This document shows, in pieces, positions 17,929 through 26,705 of a stretch of 64,000 nucleotides of DNA (position 1 is the first letter of the stretch; each line of letters begins with the position of its first letter). The notes below the pieces were generated by a model. The model saw only the letters and a program-made list of their open reading frames with translations. It was not told where the DNA came from and did no database searches. The stretch spans positions 1,152,001 through 1,216,000 of the forward strand of contig OZ223269.1 of the NCBI GenBank assembly GCA_965140585.1, given 5' to 3'. The DNA comes from Spirochaetia bacterium. GTDB taxonomy: Bacteria > Spirochaetota > Spirochaetia > UBA9216. The position numbers and the translations under genes are program-made.

Positions 17929-20589
17929 ATGCGAAAAATCATCATATCAGCTGTTCTTATACTCCTTACAGCTGCATTTGCTTTTGGACAGGAACTTGAA
18001 TGGTATGTTAATAAGCCCATCAAAGACGTTACTTTCAGCGGTCTGAATCATATAAACCCATCTGAACTTGAGGGAATCACCTCGCAGTTCAAAGGAAAAA
18101 CTTTTTCAGATACGCTTTTCTGGGATCTTCAGAGTAAGCTTTATGCCCTTAATTATTTTGAAACTTTTACCGCCAACGCTCTTCCGGGTAATGATGAACA
18201 AACTGAAGTCATAATCGAATTTACCGTTACAGAACGGCCGCTTGTTGATAAAATCATACTTTCCGGAAACAAGAGTGTAAATAAAAACGATATTATGGAT
18301 GTCATCCTGACAAAAAAAGATGACATACTCAACAAGGCCAGAATCAGAATGGATACCGAGGCAATAAAGAATCTTTATACAGATGAAGGCTATCCGGATG
18401 CTGAGATTGAAAACTCAATCAGTTCCGCCGACACCAACGGTCTTGTCGATATCACTTTTGCCATAGTGGAAGGTTCACAGACCAGAATTAAAAACATATC
18501 CTTCAGCGGTAATACCTTTGCTTCGGAAAACACCCTGAAAGGTCAGTTAAAGTCTAAACAGCAGTCATTTTTCACCACCGGTATCTACAAAGAAAGCCGT
18601 ATAGAGGAAGACAAGGCAGCTCTGCTTAAATACTACATGGACAGCGGCTATATCGATGCTAAAATTCTAGATGTAGCGGTTGAAGAGGCTGAAGATGACT
18701 CAGAAGAAAGAAATTATGTAAATATTACTTTTTACATTGAAGAAGGCGCACAGTGGAAATTCGGCGGCTTCAGCTTCAGCGGCAATACGCTTTTTACCGA
18801 TGAAGAACTGCTTAAGCAGGTGTCATCAAAACCCGGCTCAATACTCAACAGAACAAAGCTTGAAAGCGACTACATGCTCATCAGCGATAAGTATTACAAT
18901 GACGGTTATATCTACAATACAATCAGCCGCCAGGAAACACGTAATGAACAGACAAAGGAAATTTCCTATAAAGTCACTATTTCCGAGTTAAGCCGGGCGC
19001 ATATCGAAAATATTATCGTAAAAGGCAATGAAAAAACAAAAGAATACGTAATACTTCGTGAAATTCCGCTTGAAGTAGGCGACATCTTCAGTAAATCAGC
19101 TATCATGCAGGGACTGAACAACCTCTACAATACAAGATATTTCACTTCAGTTATTCCCGAAATGCCCTACGGCAGTGAATCAGGTCTGATGGATCTCGTA
19201 ATCAATGTTGAAGAAGACAACACAACCGACATTCAGTTCGGTATGACTTTCACATCCACTGAAAGCTCTCTTCCGATTATTGGTTTTCTAAAATGGACAG
19301 ATACCAACTTTCTAGGCGAAGGAAACGCCTTAAGCGTCGGTGTTGAACTTTCAACCGCAACTCAGGAAGTTACCTTCAGCTGGGATGACGGCTGGCTTTT
19401 TGACCAGAGAATATCTGCCGGTGTTGATTTTTCAATCAGTCATAACCTTTACAGCAGTGTTCCGCAGGATGTTATGTATCCGATCTTCGATATAGATGAT
19501 GACGATAATATTTTTGTTGTTCCTGATCCCTTTGACGGACACCTTGTCTGGGCCTCTGATGCCAGTGACAATTCGTATTCAGCCGGTGAAGCGCTTACAG
19601 ATGCCGAACTTACAGCACTGGAGGCCTCAGGCGAGCTCCAGACACTTATCGACGAGGGTGATGTTTTAACTGATTATGATTATGCAGTCTCACAGAGTGA
19701 AACTATCGGAAGTGAATACCTGATGTCCTATGAGTCCTTTGACTTCTCTCTTGGCGGAAACGCAGGATATTCCTGGCACACCCCATATGGAAGACTTGGA
19801 GTAGGCACAGGTGCAAGCACTACGCTTTCATATGCACAGTATGATTCATCCATTTATCGTCCTTATGACAAGACAATCAGAGATGCTCTTGATACCTGGC
19901 AGTTTGTGAACAAGCTTTGGACAACAGCAAGCTGGGATACCAGAGATCTTACATATTCACCTACAAAGGGATATCAGATTAAAGAGACTCTCACATATAC
20001 CGGCGGATTTCTCTTCGGAAGCAGGCATTATATAAAAACCAAAACCGATGTCGATGCTTATTTCAAACTTTTTGATATTTCACTTTCAGAGGAATTCAAC
20101 CTCAGCATGGTCATGGGACTGCATTCACAGTTTTCAATGATTCTCGATCAGTTCTATTATGACAGCAGTTCAGGTTCATGGACCACCGATACTGTGGCTA
20201 CCCGTTCTGATCTGCTTTATTTTGACGGTATGTTTATTGCAAGAGGCTGGGGATATAACTATGATAACAAGGTCCTATGGGATAATGTAATTGATTTTAC
20301 TACACCGGTAGCACCCGGTATGCTTTCGTGGGTAAACTTCTTCAGCAGTACTGCTGTATGGGATGAGGTTTCAGATCTGTCAGGTATTTCACTTGATGAT
20401 TTCTACTTCTCATTCGGTACAGGCCTGCAGGTTGATATACCGAGTTTTCCAATCTCCTTCTTCCTGGCCAAGAGATTTAATTTCGACAGCGAAGGCACTT
20501 TTCAGTGGCAGCAGGGCGATCTTTTTGCAGGAGACAGTGAAACCGGCGGTCTTGACTTTGTTGTAAGTTTCGATCTTGATTACTTTTAA
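17929..20589 (+). CDS. bamA: outer membrane protein assembly factor BamA
   Basis: POTRA repeats (GN..F...L, IENIIVKGNEKTKEYVILRE), barrel with terminal Phe, GAGGAG RBS before ATG 17929. Confidence 0.95.
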   Translation: MRKIIISAVLILLTAAFAFGQELEWYVNKPIKDVTFSGLNHINPSELEGITSQFKGKTFSDTLFWDLQSKLYALNYFETFTANALPGNDEQTEVIIEFTVTERPLVDKIILSGNKSVNKNDIMDVILTKKDDILNKARIRMDTEAIKNLYTDEGYPDAEIENSISSADTNGLVDITFAIVEGSQTRIKNISFSGNTFASENTLKGQLKSKQQSFFTTGIYKESRIEEDKAALLKYYMDSGYIDAKILDVAVEEAEDDSEERNYVNITFYIEEGAQWKFGGFSFSGNTLFTDEELLKQVSSKPGSILNRTKLESDYMLISDKYYNDGYIYNTISRQETRNEQTKEISYKVTISELSRAHIENIIVKGNEKTKEYVILREIPLEVGDIFSKSAIMQGLNNLYNTRYFTSVIPEMPYGSESGLMDLVINVEEDNTTDIQFGMTFTSTESSLPIIGFLKWTDTNFLGEGNALSVGVELSTATQEVTFSWDDGWLFDQRISAGVDFSISHNLYSSVPQDVMYPIFDIDDDDNIFVVPDPFDGHLVWASDASDNSYSAGEALTDAELTALEASGELQTLIDEGDVLTDYDYAVSQSETIGSEYLMSYESFDFSLGGNAGYSWHTPYGRLGVGTGASTTLSYAQYDSSIYRPYDKTIRDALDTWQFVNKLWTTASWDTRDLTYSPTKGYQIKETLTYTGGFLFGSRHYIKTKTDVDAYFKLFDISLSEEFNLSMVMGLHSQFSMILDQFYYDSSSGSWTTDTVATRSDLLYFDGMFIARGWGYNYDNKVLWDNVIDFTTPVAPGMLSWVNFFSSTAVWDEVSDLSGISLDDFYFSFGTGLQVDIPSFPISFFLAKRFNFDSEGTFQWQQGDLFAGDSETGGLDFVVSFDLDYF

Positions 20590-20611
20590 TTAGACTTTAA
20601 GGAGTAGAATT

Positions 20612-21148
20612 TTGAATAAGAAAATCTTTATTTTATTTTTAATTATTATCTCAATATCAGGCAGTCTCTATGCCGAACAGCTTTCCAAAATCGGGATTGT
20701 AAACTTCTCAAGGATTGTCGATGACTATTTTGCAGAATCTTCAGCCTGGCGTGAAATATCAGCAATTCAGGAGAAATACAACGACGGAATGGCTGATATT
20801 CTCGACGAAATCAATGATCTCAAGATGCAGAAGCTTGAAGCAGAAAATGCTGGTGACGACCAGAAGGTTCTGCAGATTGATGCACAGATTTATTCGAAGC
20901 AGGAATATGCCAAAGAATTTCATTCAGTTATGACAAACCGAATCAACGCAAAAAAACAGGGACTGGCACAGTCTTCTACCTTTACAGCTGAGATTCTCGA
21001 TGCAATCACCTATATTGCAGAATCTGAAGGTTATTCAATGATTATGAGAACCCAGGACCCCGATATTTTATGGTATAACCATGAAATTGACATTACTGAT
21101 CTGGTACTTGAAAGATTACAGTGGCAGGCGGCAAGGGAAAATAATTAA
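20612..21148 (+). CDS. skp: OmpH/Skp periplasmic chaperone
   Basis: KIGIVN...I..IAESEGYSMI...DITDLVL; AAGGAG RBS, TTG start; follows bamA. Confidence 0.88.
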   Translation: MNKKIFILFLIIISISGSLYAEQLSKIGIVNFSRIVDDYFAESSAWREISAIQEKYNDGMADILDEINDLKMQKLEAENAGDDQKVLQIDAQIYSKQEYAKEFHSVMTNRINAKKQGLAQSSTFTAEILDAITYIAESEGYSMIMRTQDPDILWYNHEIDITDLVLERLQWQAARENN

Positions 21149-21153
21149 GCTGC

Positions 21154-23742
21154 ATGTCGACTGACACGCCAATGATGCGCCAGTACAGGCGCATCAAAGC
21201 TGAACATACCGATTCAATCCTCTTTTTCCGCCTTGGCGATTTCTATGAGATGTTTCAGAGTGATGCAAAAGAAGCATCATCAATTCTGAATCTCACACTT
21301 ACCAAGCGGCATAATATACCTATGTGCGGGATCCCTTATCATGCCTCACACGGATATATCGCAAGGCTTCTGAAAGCCGGCAGAAAGATAGCAATCTGTG
21401 AGCAGGTAAAAATGCCGGAGGGCGGTAAAGGAATTGCCGAACGTGAAGTAGTTGAAATCATCACACCCGGTACAGTTACCGAGGAAGACTTCCTTGACAG
21501 CACAAGAAATAATTATCTCATGTCTGCCGGTATTTATAAAAAACATCTTTCGATTTCCTACATTGATTTATCAACAGGAGAGTTTTACGCTTCTTCTTAT
21601 CCAGCTGAATCAGCATATGAGATCCTTAAAAGGGAACTGCTCAGACTTGCCCCCGGGGAACTTCTCATACAGCAGTCCATAGCAGAAAGCAATTCAGATA
21701 TTTCGAGGCTTTTGAAAGACCGCAGCAGCCTTTTGGTCAATCATTTTCCCGACTGGTCTTTTGATCTTGAAAACTCATACAAGCTACTGACAAGACAGTT
21801 TAAAGTATCCTCACTCAAGGGTTTCGGTATTTCCGATTCAGATCCTTCGGTTTATTCATGCGGTGTAATTCTTGAATATCTGTCTGATACATCAAAAAGT
21901 CTTCTTCCTCATGTCAGAACCTTAAAACTTCTTAACGACAGTGATTTTCTTCTTCTTGATGAATCGAGTCTGCGGAATCTAGAAATAACCTCAAACCTGA
22001 CGGATGGCAGCAGGCGCTACTCCCTGATTGAGGTTGTTGATCATACAAGAACTGCAATGGGAGCCCGCAGGCTGAAAAACTGGATAGTGCACCCACTGGT
22101 TAAAACCGATGAGATCAACAGCCGCCTTGAACGGGTTAACTCGCTATACCATGATCAGATCCTGCTGTCTGCAATTACAGCTGAACTTTCATCAATACTT
22201 GATATTGAAAGGCTCAGTTCCAGGATAGCCATGGAGAAAGCCCACGCCAGGGATCTTCTTTCTGTCAGAAACTCACTCAGAGCAGTCCAGAGACTTAATG
22301 AACTTCTTATGGAGTGGGATTATGAGGATGCAAAGCTGCCGGATGAAGCATTATCGGACAGCCTCAAAATGCTGGATTTACTTGAGAAAACCATCGATGA
22401 AGACCCGTCAATACTGCTCACCGAGGGGCGGCTTATAAAAAAAGGCTGGGACAGTGAACTTGACAGGCTGAAACAGCTTAAAGAGCACAGCCGGGATATT
22501 CTTAAAGAATACCTTGAAAAGGAAAAGCAGGATTCCGGTATCAATAATCTTAAAATTAAATACAACAAGATTATCGGATATTTTATTGAGGTGACTAAAT
22601 CAAACCTCGACGCTGTACCCGGACACTTTATAAGACGGCAGTCCCTTGTAGGTGCTGAACGTTTTACTACAGAAAAACTTGCAGATCTTGAAAACGATCT
22701 TAATTCCGCCTCTGAAAAAGCGGTTGAACTTGAAAAAGAAATTTTCATAAAGATCAGATCTGAAATCAGAAAGGATATCGAAACATTATTAATGCTTTCA
22801 GCCTACATAGCTGAAATAGACTGTGTGGCATCTTTTGCAACCGCAGCTACCAAATTCGGATGGATAAAACCTGTTGTTAACGAAGGCTCAAAGATGGATA
22901 TCCGAAACGGCCGACATCCTGTAGTTGAAGCAAACCTTCCGTCTGGTGAGTTTATTCCCAATTCACTTGAGCTGGATAACGGCAGTAATTATTTCGCACT
23001 TATCACCGGACCTAATATGGCTGGTAAATCCACCTTTTTAAGACAGAATGCACTGATAACTCTGCTGGCACAGTCCGGCTCATTTGTCCCTGCGGATTCG
23101 GCCGAGATCGGAACTGTGGACAAGATATTCTGCCGTGTCGGAGCTTCCGACAATCTTGCAAGAGGGGAATCAACCTTCCTTGTTGAAATGAACGAAACGG
23201 CAAACATCCTTAACTCGGCAAGCTCCAGAAGTCTCATAATTATGGATGAAGTAGGGCGCGGAACAGGAACTAATGACGGCCTGTCAATTGCCTGGGCGGT
23301 ATCTGAATATCTGCTTAATAAACTTTCAGCAAAAACACTTTTTGCCACCCACTACCATGAACTTACGCTTCTTGAACATCAGGGACTTATAAATCTTTCG
23401 CTTGAAGTAATAGAGAAGGATGAGAATATCATCTTTCTTAAAAGAATTAAGGAAGGACCGGCAGATGCTTCCTACGGCATCCATGTGGCGAGACTTGCAG
23501 GTATTCCCGATTCAGTAATTTCCCGAGCCAGGGAGATACAGGCGGAACTGGAATCCAAGGCAGAACTTGAGCAGAAGGTAATTAAAAACAAGTCCGGAAC
23601 TGTGAATAAACCGGATCTTCAGCTTTTCAGTGAATTTGAAATGATTGAAAATGAAATAAAATCATTGGATTTGAACAAAATAACCCCTCTTAATGCATTA
23701 AATAAAATTGCGGCCTGGAAGGAAAAGCTGGCGGGCAGCTGA
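21154..23742 (+). CDS. mutS: DNA mismatch repair protein MutS
   Basis: TPMMRQY, FFRLGDFYEMF, TGPNMAGKST, DEVGRGT and FATHYHEL motifs. Confidence 0.98.
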   Translation: MSTDTPMMRQYRRIKAEHTDSILFFRLGDFYEMFQSDAKEASSILNLTLTKRHNIPMCGIPYHASHGYIARLLKAGRKIAICEQVKMPEGGKGIAEREVVEIITPGTVTEEDFLDSTRNNYLMSAGIYKKHLSISYIDLSTGEFYASSYPAESAYEILKRELLRLAPGELLIQQSIAESNSDISRLLKDRSSLLVNHFPDWSFDLENSYKLLTRQFKVSSLKGFGISDSDPSVYSCGVILEYLSDTSKSLLPHVRTLKLLNDSDFLLLDESSLRNLEITSNLTDGSRRYSLIEVVDHTRTAMGARRLKNWIVHPLVKTDEINSRLERVNSLYHDQILLSAITAELSSILDIERLSSRIAMEKAHARDLLSVRNSLRAVQRLNELLMEWDYEDAKLPDEALSDSLKMLDLLEKTIDEDPSILLTEGRLIKKGWDSELDRLKQLKEHSRDILKEYLEKEKQDSGINNLKIKYNKIIGYFIEVTKSNLDAVPGHFIRRQSLVGAERFTTEKLADLENDLNSASEKAVELEKEIFIKIRSEIRKDIETLLMLSAYIAEIDCVASFATAATKFGWIKPVVNEGSKMDIRNGRHPVVEANLPSGEFIPNSLELDNGSNYFALITGPNMAGKSTFLRQNALITLLAQSGSFVPADSAEIGTVDKIFCRVGASDNLARGESTFLVEMNETANILNSASSRSLIIMDEVGRGTGTNDGLSIAWAVSEYLLNKLSAKTLFATHYHELTLLEHQGLINLSLEVIEKDENIIFLKRIKEGPADASYGIHVARLAGIPDSVISRAREIQAELESKAELEQKVIKNKSGTVNKPDLQLFSEFEMIENEIKSLDLNKITPLNALNKIAAWKEKLAGS

Positions 23743-23776
23743 ATCAGCAGGTTTATTATCCCCTTTTCATTATTGC

Positions 23777-24523
23777 ATGAGCCTTCCCGACATTAAGAAA
23801 ATTATCCGCATCTTTTCTGATCTTATTCTCCCGGACTACTGTATCGGCTGTTCGGATAATCTGTTCACATGCAGAAATCTTTCAGTACCTCAGATTCCTA
23901 TATGTTCAGCATGTTTCAGAAAATACCTAAATGAAACCGGTGTATTTGACGGACTATTCGAAGGCAGATGCAGTCAATGCGGATATCCGCTGACCTCGGA
24001 GGAAGAATTATGCCTGAGATGCCGTGAAAATACCTGGCATTTCTCATCATCTGAAAGCCTAAGCACATACAGGGATTTTTCCAAAAAAATCCTGCGTGAA
24101 TATAAATTCAGTAAAGTTAAAAGTCTATCCTCATTATACTCCTATATGATAAATCAATATTACAGCGGAAAACTGGAAGGCTATACTGTTGTTCCTGTTC
24201 CATTCAGACCGTCTTCAGTAAGAAAAAGGGGCTGGGATCAGGTAAAAACAGTTACAGATATTCTTCGTACCAGATACAAACTGCCGGTTTGTGAATGTCT
24301 GTCCAGGGATGACGGTGCAGCCCAGAAAACACTTGATTATAAACACCGGAAAAAGAATCTGCATGGCAAAATCAGTTGCTTACAATCTATCAATCCTCCC
24401 CGAAAAGCACTCCTTATTGATGATGTTTTTACAACCGGAGCAACCCTTGACTGCTGCGCTGAAGTCCTTGGCAAACAGGGCTGCAATGAAATCCGCTGCC
24501 TTACATTTGTTATCGATATATAG
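23777..24523 (+). CDS. comF: ComF family protein (double zinc ribbon + PRTase domain)
   Basis: CxxC pairs, VPVP...RGWDQ, LLIDDVFTTGAT; start trimmed to ATG 23777. Confidence 0.88.
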   Translation: MSLPDIKKIIRIFSDLILPDYCIGCSDNLFTCRNLSVPQIPICSACFRKYLNETGVFDGLFEGRCSQCGYPLTSEEELCLRCRENTWHFSSSESLSTYRDFSKKILREYKFSKVKSLSSLYSYMINQYYSGKLEGYTVVPVPFRPSSVRKRGWDQVKTVTDILRTRYKLPVCECLSRDDGAAQKTLDYKHRKKNLHGKISCLQSINPPRKALLIDDVFTTGATLDCCAEVLGKQGCNEIRCLTFVIDI

Positions 24524-24552
24524 GATTCGTCGCTTACCGAAAGCTGCCTTTA

Positions 24553-24581
24553 TTGACATAAATATCTCAATAAGATATTAT
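24553..24581 (+). promoter_or_regulatory. sigma70 promoter of the rimP-nusA-infB operon
   Basis: TTGACA, 17 nt, TATTAT. Confidence 0.8.
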
Positions 24582-24608
24582 GACTTGACAACTGAAGAAA
24601 GCTGCTTT

Positions 24609-24636
24609 AAGAAGTCTATCAACGACTTCTTTTTTT
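24609..24636 (+). terminator. intrinsic terminator (attenuator) in the rimP 5' leader
   Basis: AAGAAGTC-tatcaac-GACTTCTT followed by a T tract, between the promoter and the rimP ATG. Confidence 0.7.
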
Positions 24637-24662
24637 ATGCTATTCAGTTTTTTACAGGTGGA

Positions 24663-25106
24663 ATGTTGAAATATAACAGCTACGAAGAAAATGAATTATT
24701 TTCAGTAATCAAACCCGTTTGTGATGGTTATGACGCGTCTATCGTCAGGCTCAGTTCCGCGGTCATCAATAAAACCCTACAGATAAATCTTGTACTTTAC
24801 CAGAAGGGCGGGATTGGAATTGACCAGTGCGGCACTATCTCCAGGGCTGTAATGCCCCGAATTGAAGTATGGGCTGAAAACAGGGATGTATCTCTTGAGA
24901 TATCGTCTCCCGGAATCGGCCGTATTCTAAAGGATGCTTACGAGTTTCAAGTATTCGCCGGTGAAAAAATACAGCTTCTGATAGACAGTCAGTGGCTCAC
25001 CGGAGATATCGTTGAGGCAGGTACAGAATCAGTCGATATAAAAACGGAAAACGGTGAAACCGTAAAATATATGTTTGATTCTATACAGAAAGCCAAACTT
25101 TATTAA
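24663..25106 (+). CDS. rimP: ribosome maturation factor RimP
   Basis: GIGIDQC..ISR and LEISSPGI.R.L motifs; AGGTGG RBS; precedes nusA. Confidence 0.92.
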   Translation: MLKYNSYEENELFSVIKPVCDGYDASIVRLSSAVINKTLQINLVLYQKGGIGIDQCGTISRAVMPRIEVWAENRDVSLEISSPGIGRILKDAYEFQVFAGEKIQLLIDSQWLTGDIVEAGTESVDIKTENGETVKYMFDSIQKAKLY

Positions 25107-25123
25107 ATAAACGGAGGAACAAT

Positions 25124-26677
25124 ATGGCAGCCGGTGGTTTAGCTGATGCTATAAGACAGTTAGTTCAGGATAAAGGAATTTCAGAAGATCTGGTTATAAA
25201 AACCATCGAAGATTTTCTGCTTGCAGCATATAAGAAAACTTTTGGTACTGTAGACAACGCAGTAGTTCAGTTCAGTGAAGACGGTGCGGAAGTTGAACTT
25301 TTCGCAAAAAAGGAAATTGTAGACGGCGTTTACGATCCCGTTTCCGAAATTGAACTGGAAGATGCTCTCAAGCTTAATGAAGACTGTGAAGTGGGAGATG
25401 AACTTCTCATACCCATTGATCCGATGGATTTCGATCGGGTAGCGGTACAGAGTGCAAAACAGAAAGCCAAGCAGACCCTTCGTGAAATACAGAAGGATAC
25501 CCTGTTTTCTGAATATAATGAAAAACTTGGAGAGATGATAATCGGATATTACCAGCGTGAACGCAATGGCAATATCTACGTTGATCTCGGAAAAACCGAA
25601 GGCATACTGCCCAAACGTTTTCAGTCTCCCCGTGAAATATACCGGCCTAATGACCGTATCAAGGCTTTGATCTATGAAATTAACAAGTCTCCCAGCGGTC
25701 TGCAGATCATTCTCTCAAGAACTCATACAGACTTTGTAAAAAGAGTATTTGAACTTGAGGTTCCGGAAATATACGATAAGACCGTTGAAATCTTTAAAAT
25801 AGTCAGAGAACCCGGATACAGAACCAAAATTGCAGTTTACTCAAACCGTGATGATGTAGATCCCGTTGGTGCATGTGTCGGTATGAAGGGTGTACGAATC
25901 CAGGCAATCGTGCGTGAGCTGGAAGGTGAGAAGATTGATATACTTAAATACGATCTTGATCCGCGGGTTTTCATCAAGAATGCTCTTTCACCGGCAGAAG
26001 TCAATGACATAATCGTACTTGATGAGGCAAAAAGACAGGCCCTTGCAATAGTTGCTGAAAGTCAGCTTTCTCTTGCAATCGGTAAGCAAGGACTTAACGT
26101 CAGACTTGCCAACAGACTTGTTGACTGGAACATAGATGTTAAAACTGAAGCTCAGTTTGATGAACTTGATATTGCAGTTGAATCCAGAAAGGCAGTTTCA
26201 GAACTTTTTGGTGATATTGATGAAACTGAAGAGATTACAGCCATAGCCGAGCTTCCGGGTATTACAGAAAGAATCGTCGATTCACTGCAGGCCAACGACA
26301 TTGAGCTGATAGAAGAGCTTGTCGCTATGCAGGATGAGGAACTTGAGAAAATTGAAAACCTCAGTACTGAAGATGTAGCACTGATAAAGTCTATCATAGC
26401 CGAGAATGTTGACATTATCGAAGAAGAAGAAGATTATATAGAAAGTCAGGATGCCGAGGATGATGAATACTACGAAGACGAGGCATATGACGAGGAAGAA
26501 GTCTCCGACTCAGAGGACTCCGGTGATGATGCTGAAACCGAAGAGGAAGATGATGAGGATGATGACGACGAAGGATATGAGTGCCCTGAGTGCGGCTCTC
26601 CAATTACTCTTGAAATGACATCCTGTCCTAACTGTGGTGTAGGAATCAGTTTTGAAATAGAGGATGATGAGGAATAA
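25124..26677 (+). CDS. nusA: transcription termination factor NusA with an acidic tail and C-terminal zinc ribbon
   Basis: S1/KH core (FELEVPEI, REPGYRTKIAV, GACVGMKGVRI, LAIGKQGLNVRLA). Confidence 0.97.
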   Translation: MAAGGLADAIRQLVQDKGISEDLVIKTIEDFLLAAYKKTFGTVDNAVVQFSEDGAEVELFAKKEIVDGVYDPVSEIELEDALKLNEDCEVGDELLIPIDPMDFDRVAVQSAKQKAKQTLREIQKDTLFSEYNEKLGEMIIGYYQRERNGNIYVDLGKTEGILPKRFQSPREIYRPNDRIKALIYEINKSPSGLQIILSRTHTDFVKRVFELEVPEIYDKTVEIFKIVREPGYRTKIAVYSNRDDVDPVGACVGMKGVRIQAIVRELEGEKIDILKYDLDPRVFIKNALSPAEVNDIIVLDEAKRQALAIVAESQLSLAIGKQGLNVRLANRLVDWNIDVKTEAQFDELDIAVESRKAVSELFGDIDETEEITAIAELPGITERIVDSLQANDIELIEELVAMQDEELEKIENLSTEDVALIKSIIAENVDIIEEEEDYIESQDAEDDEYYEDEAYDEEEVSDSEDSGDDAETEEEDDEDDDDEGYECPECGSPITLEMTSCPNCGVGISFEIEDDEE

Positions 26678-26705
26678 AAACAAACACGCTGTTTGAAGGA
26701 ATTTT

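Noticed and set aside
13575-23742. tamB next to bamA without tamA, and mutS in the same run, as a novelty
   Set aside because: The tamB-bamA pairing is established in spirochetes (Borrelia BB0794-BB0795); the rest matches the conserved order as I recall it
24291-24662. 124-aa N-terminal extension of RimP in the ORF track
   Set aside because: It overlaps comF and spans the promoter and terminator; the real start is ATG 24663
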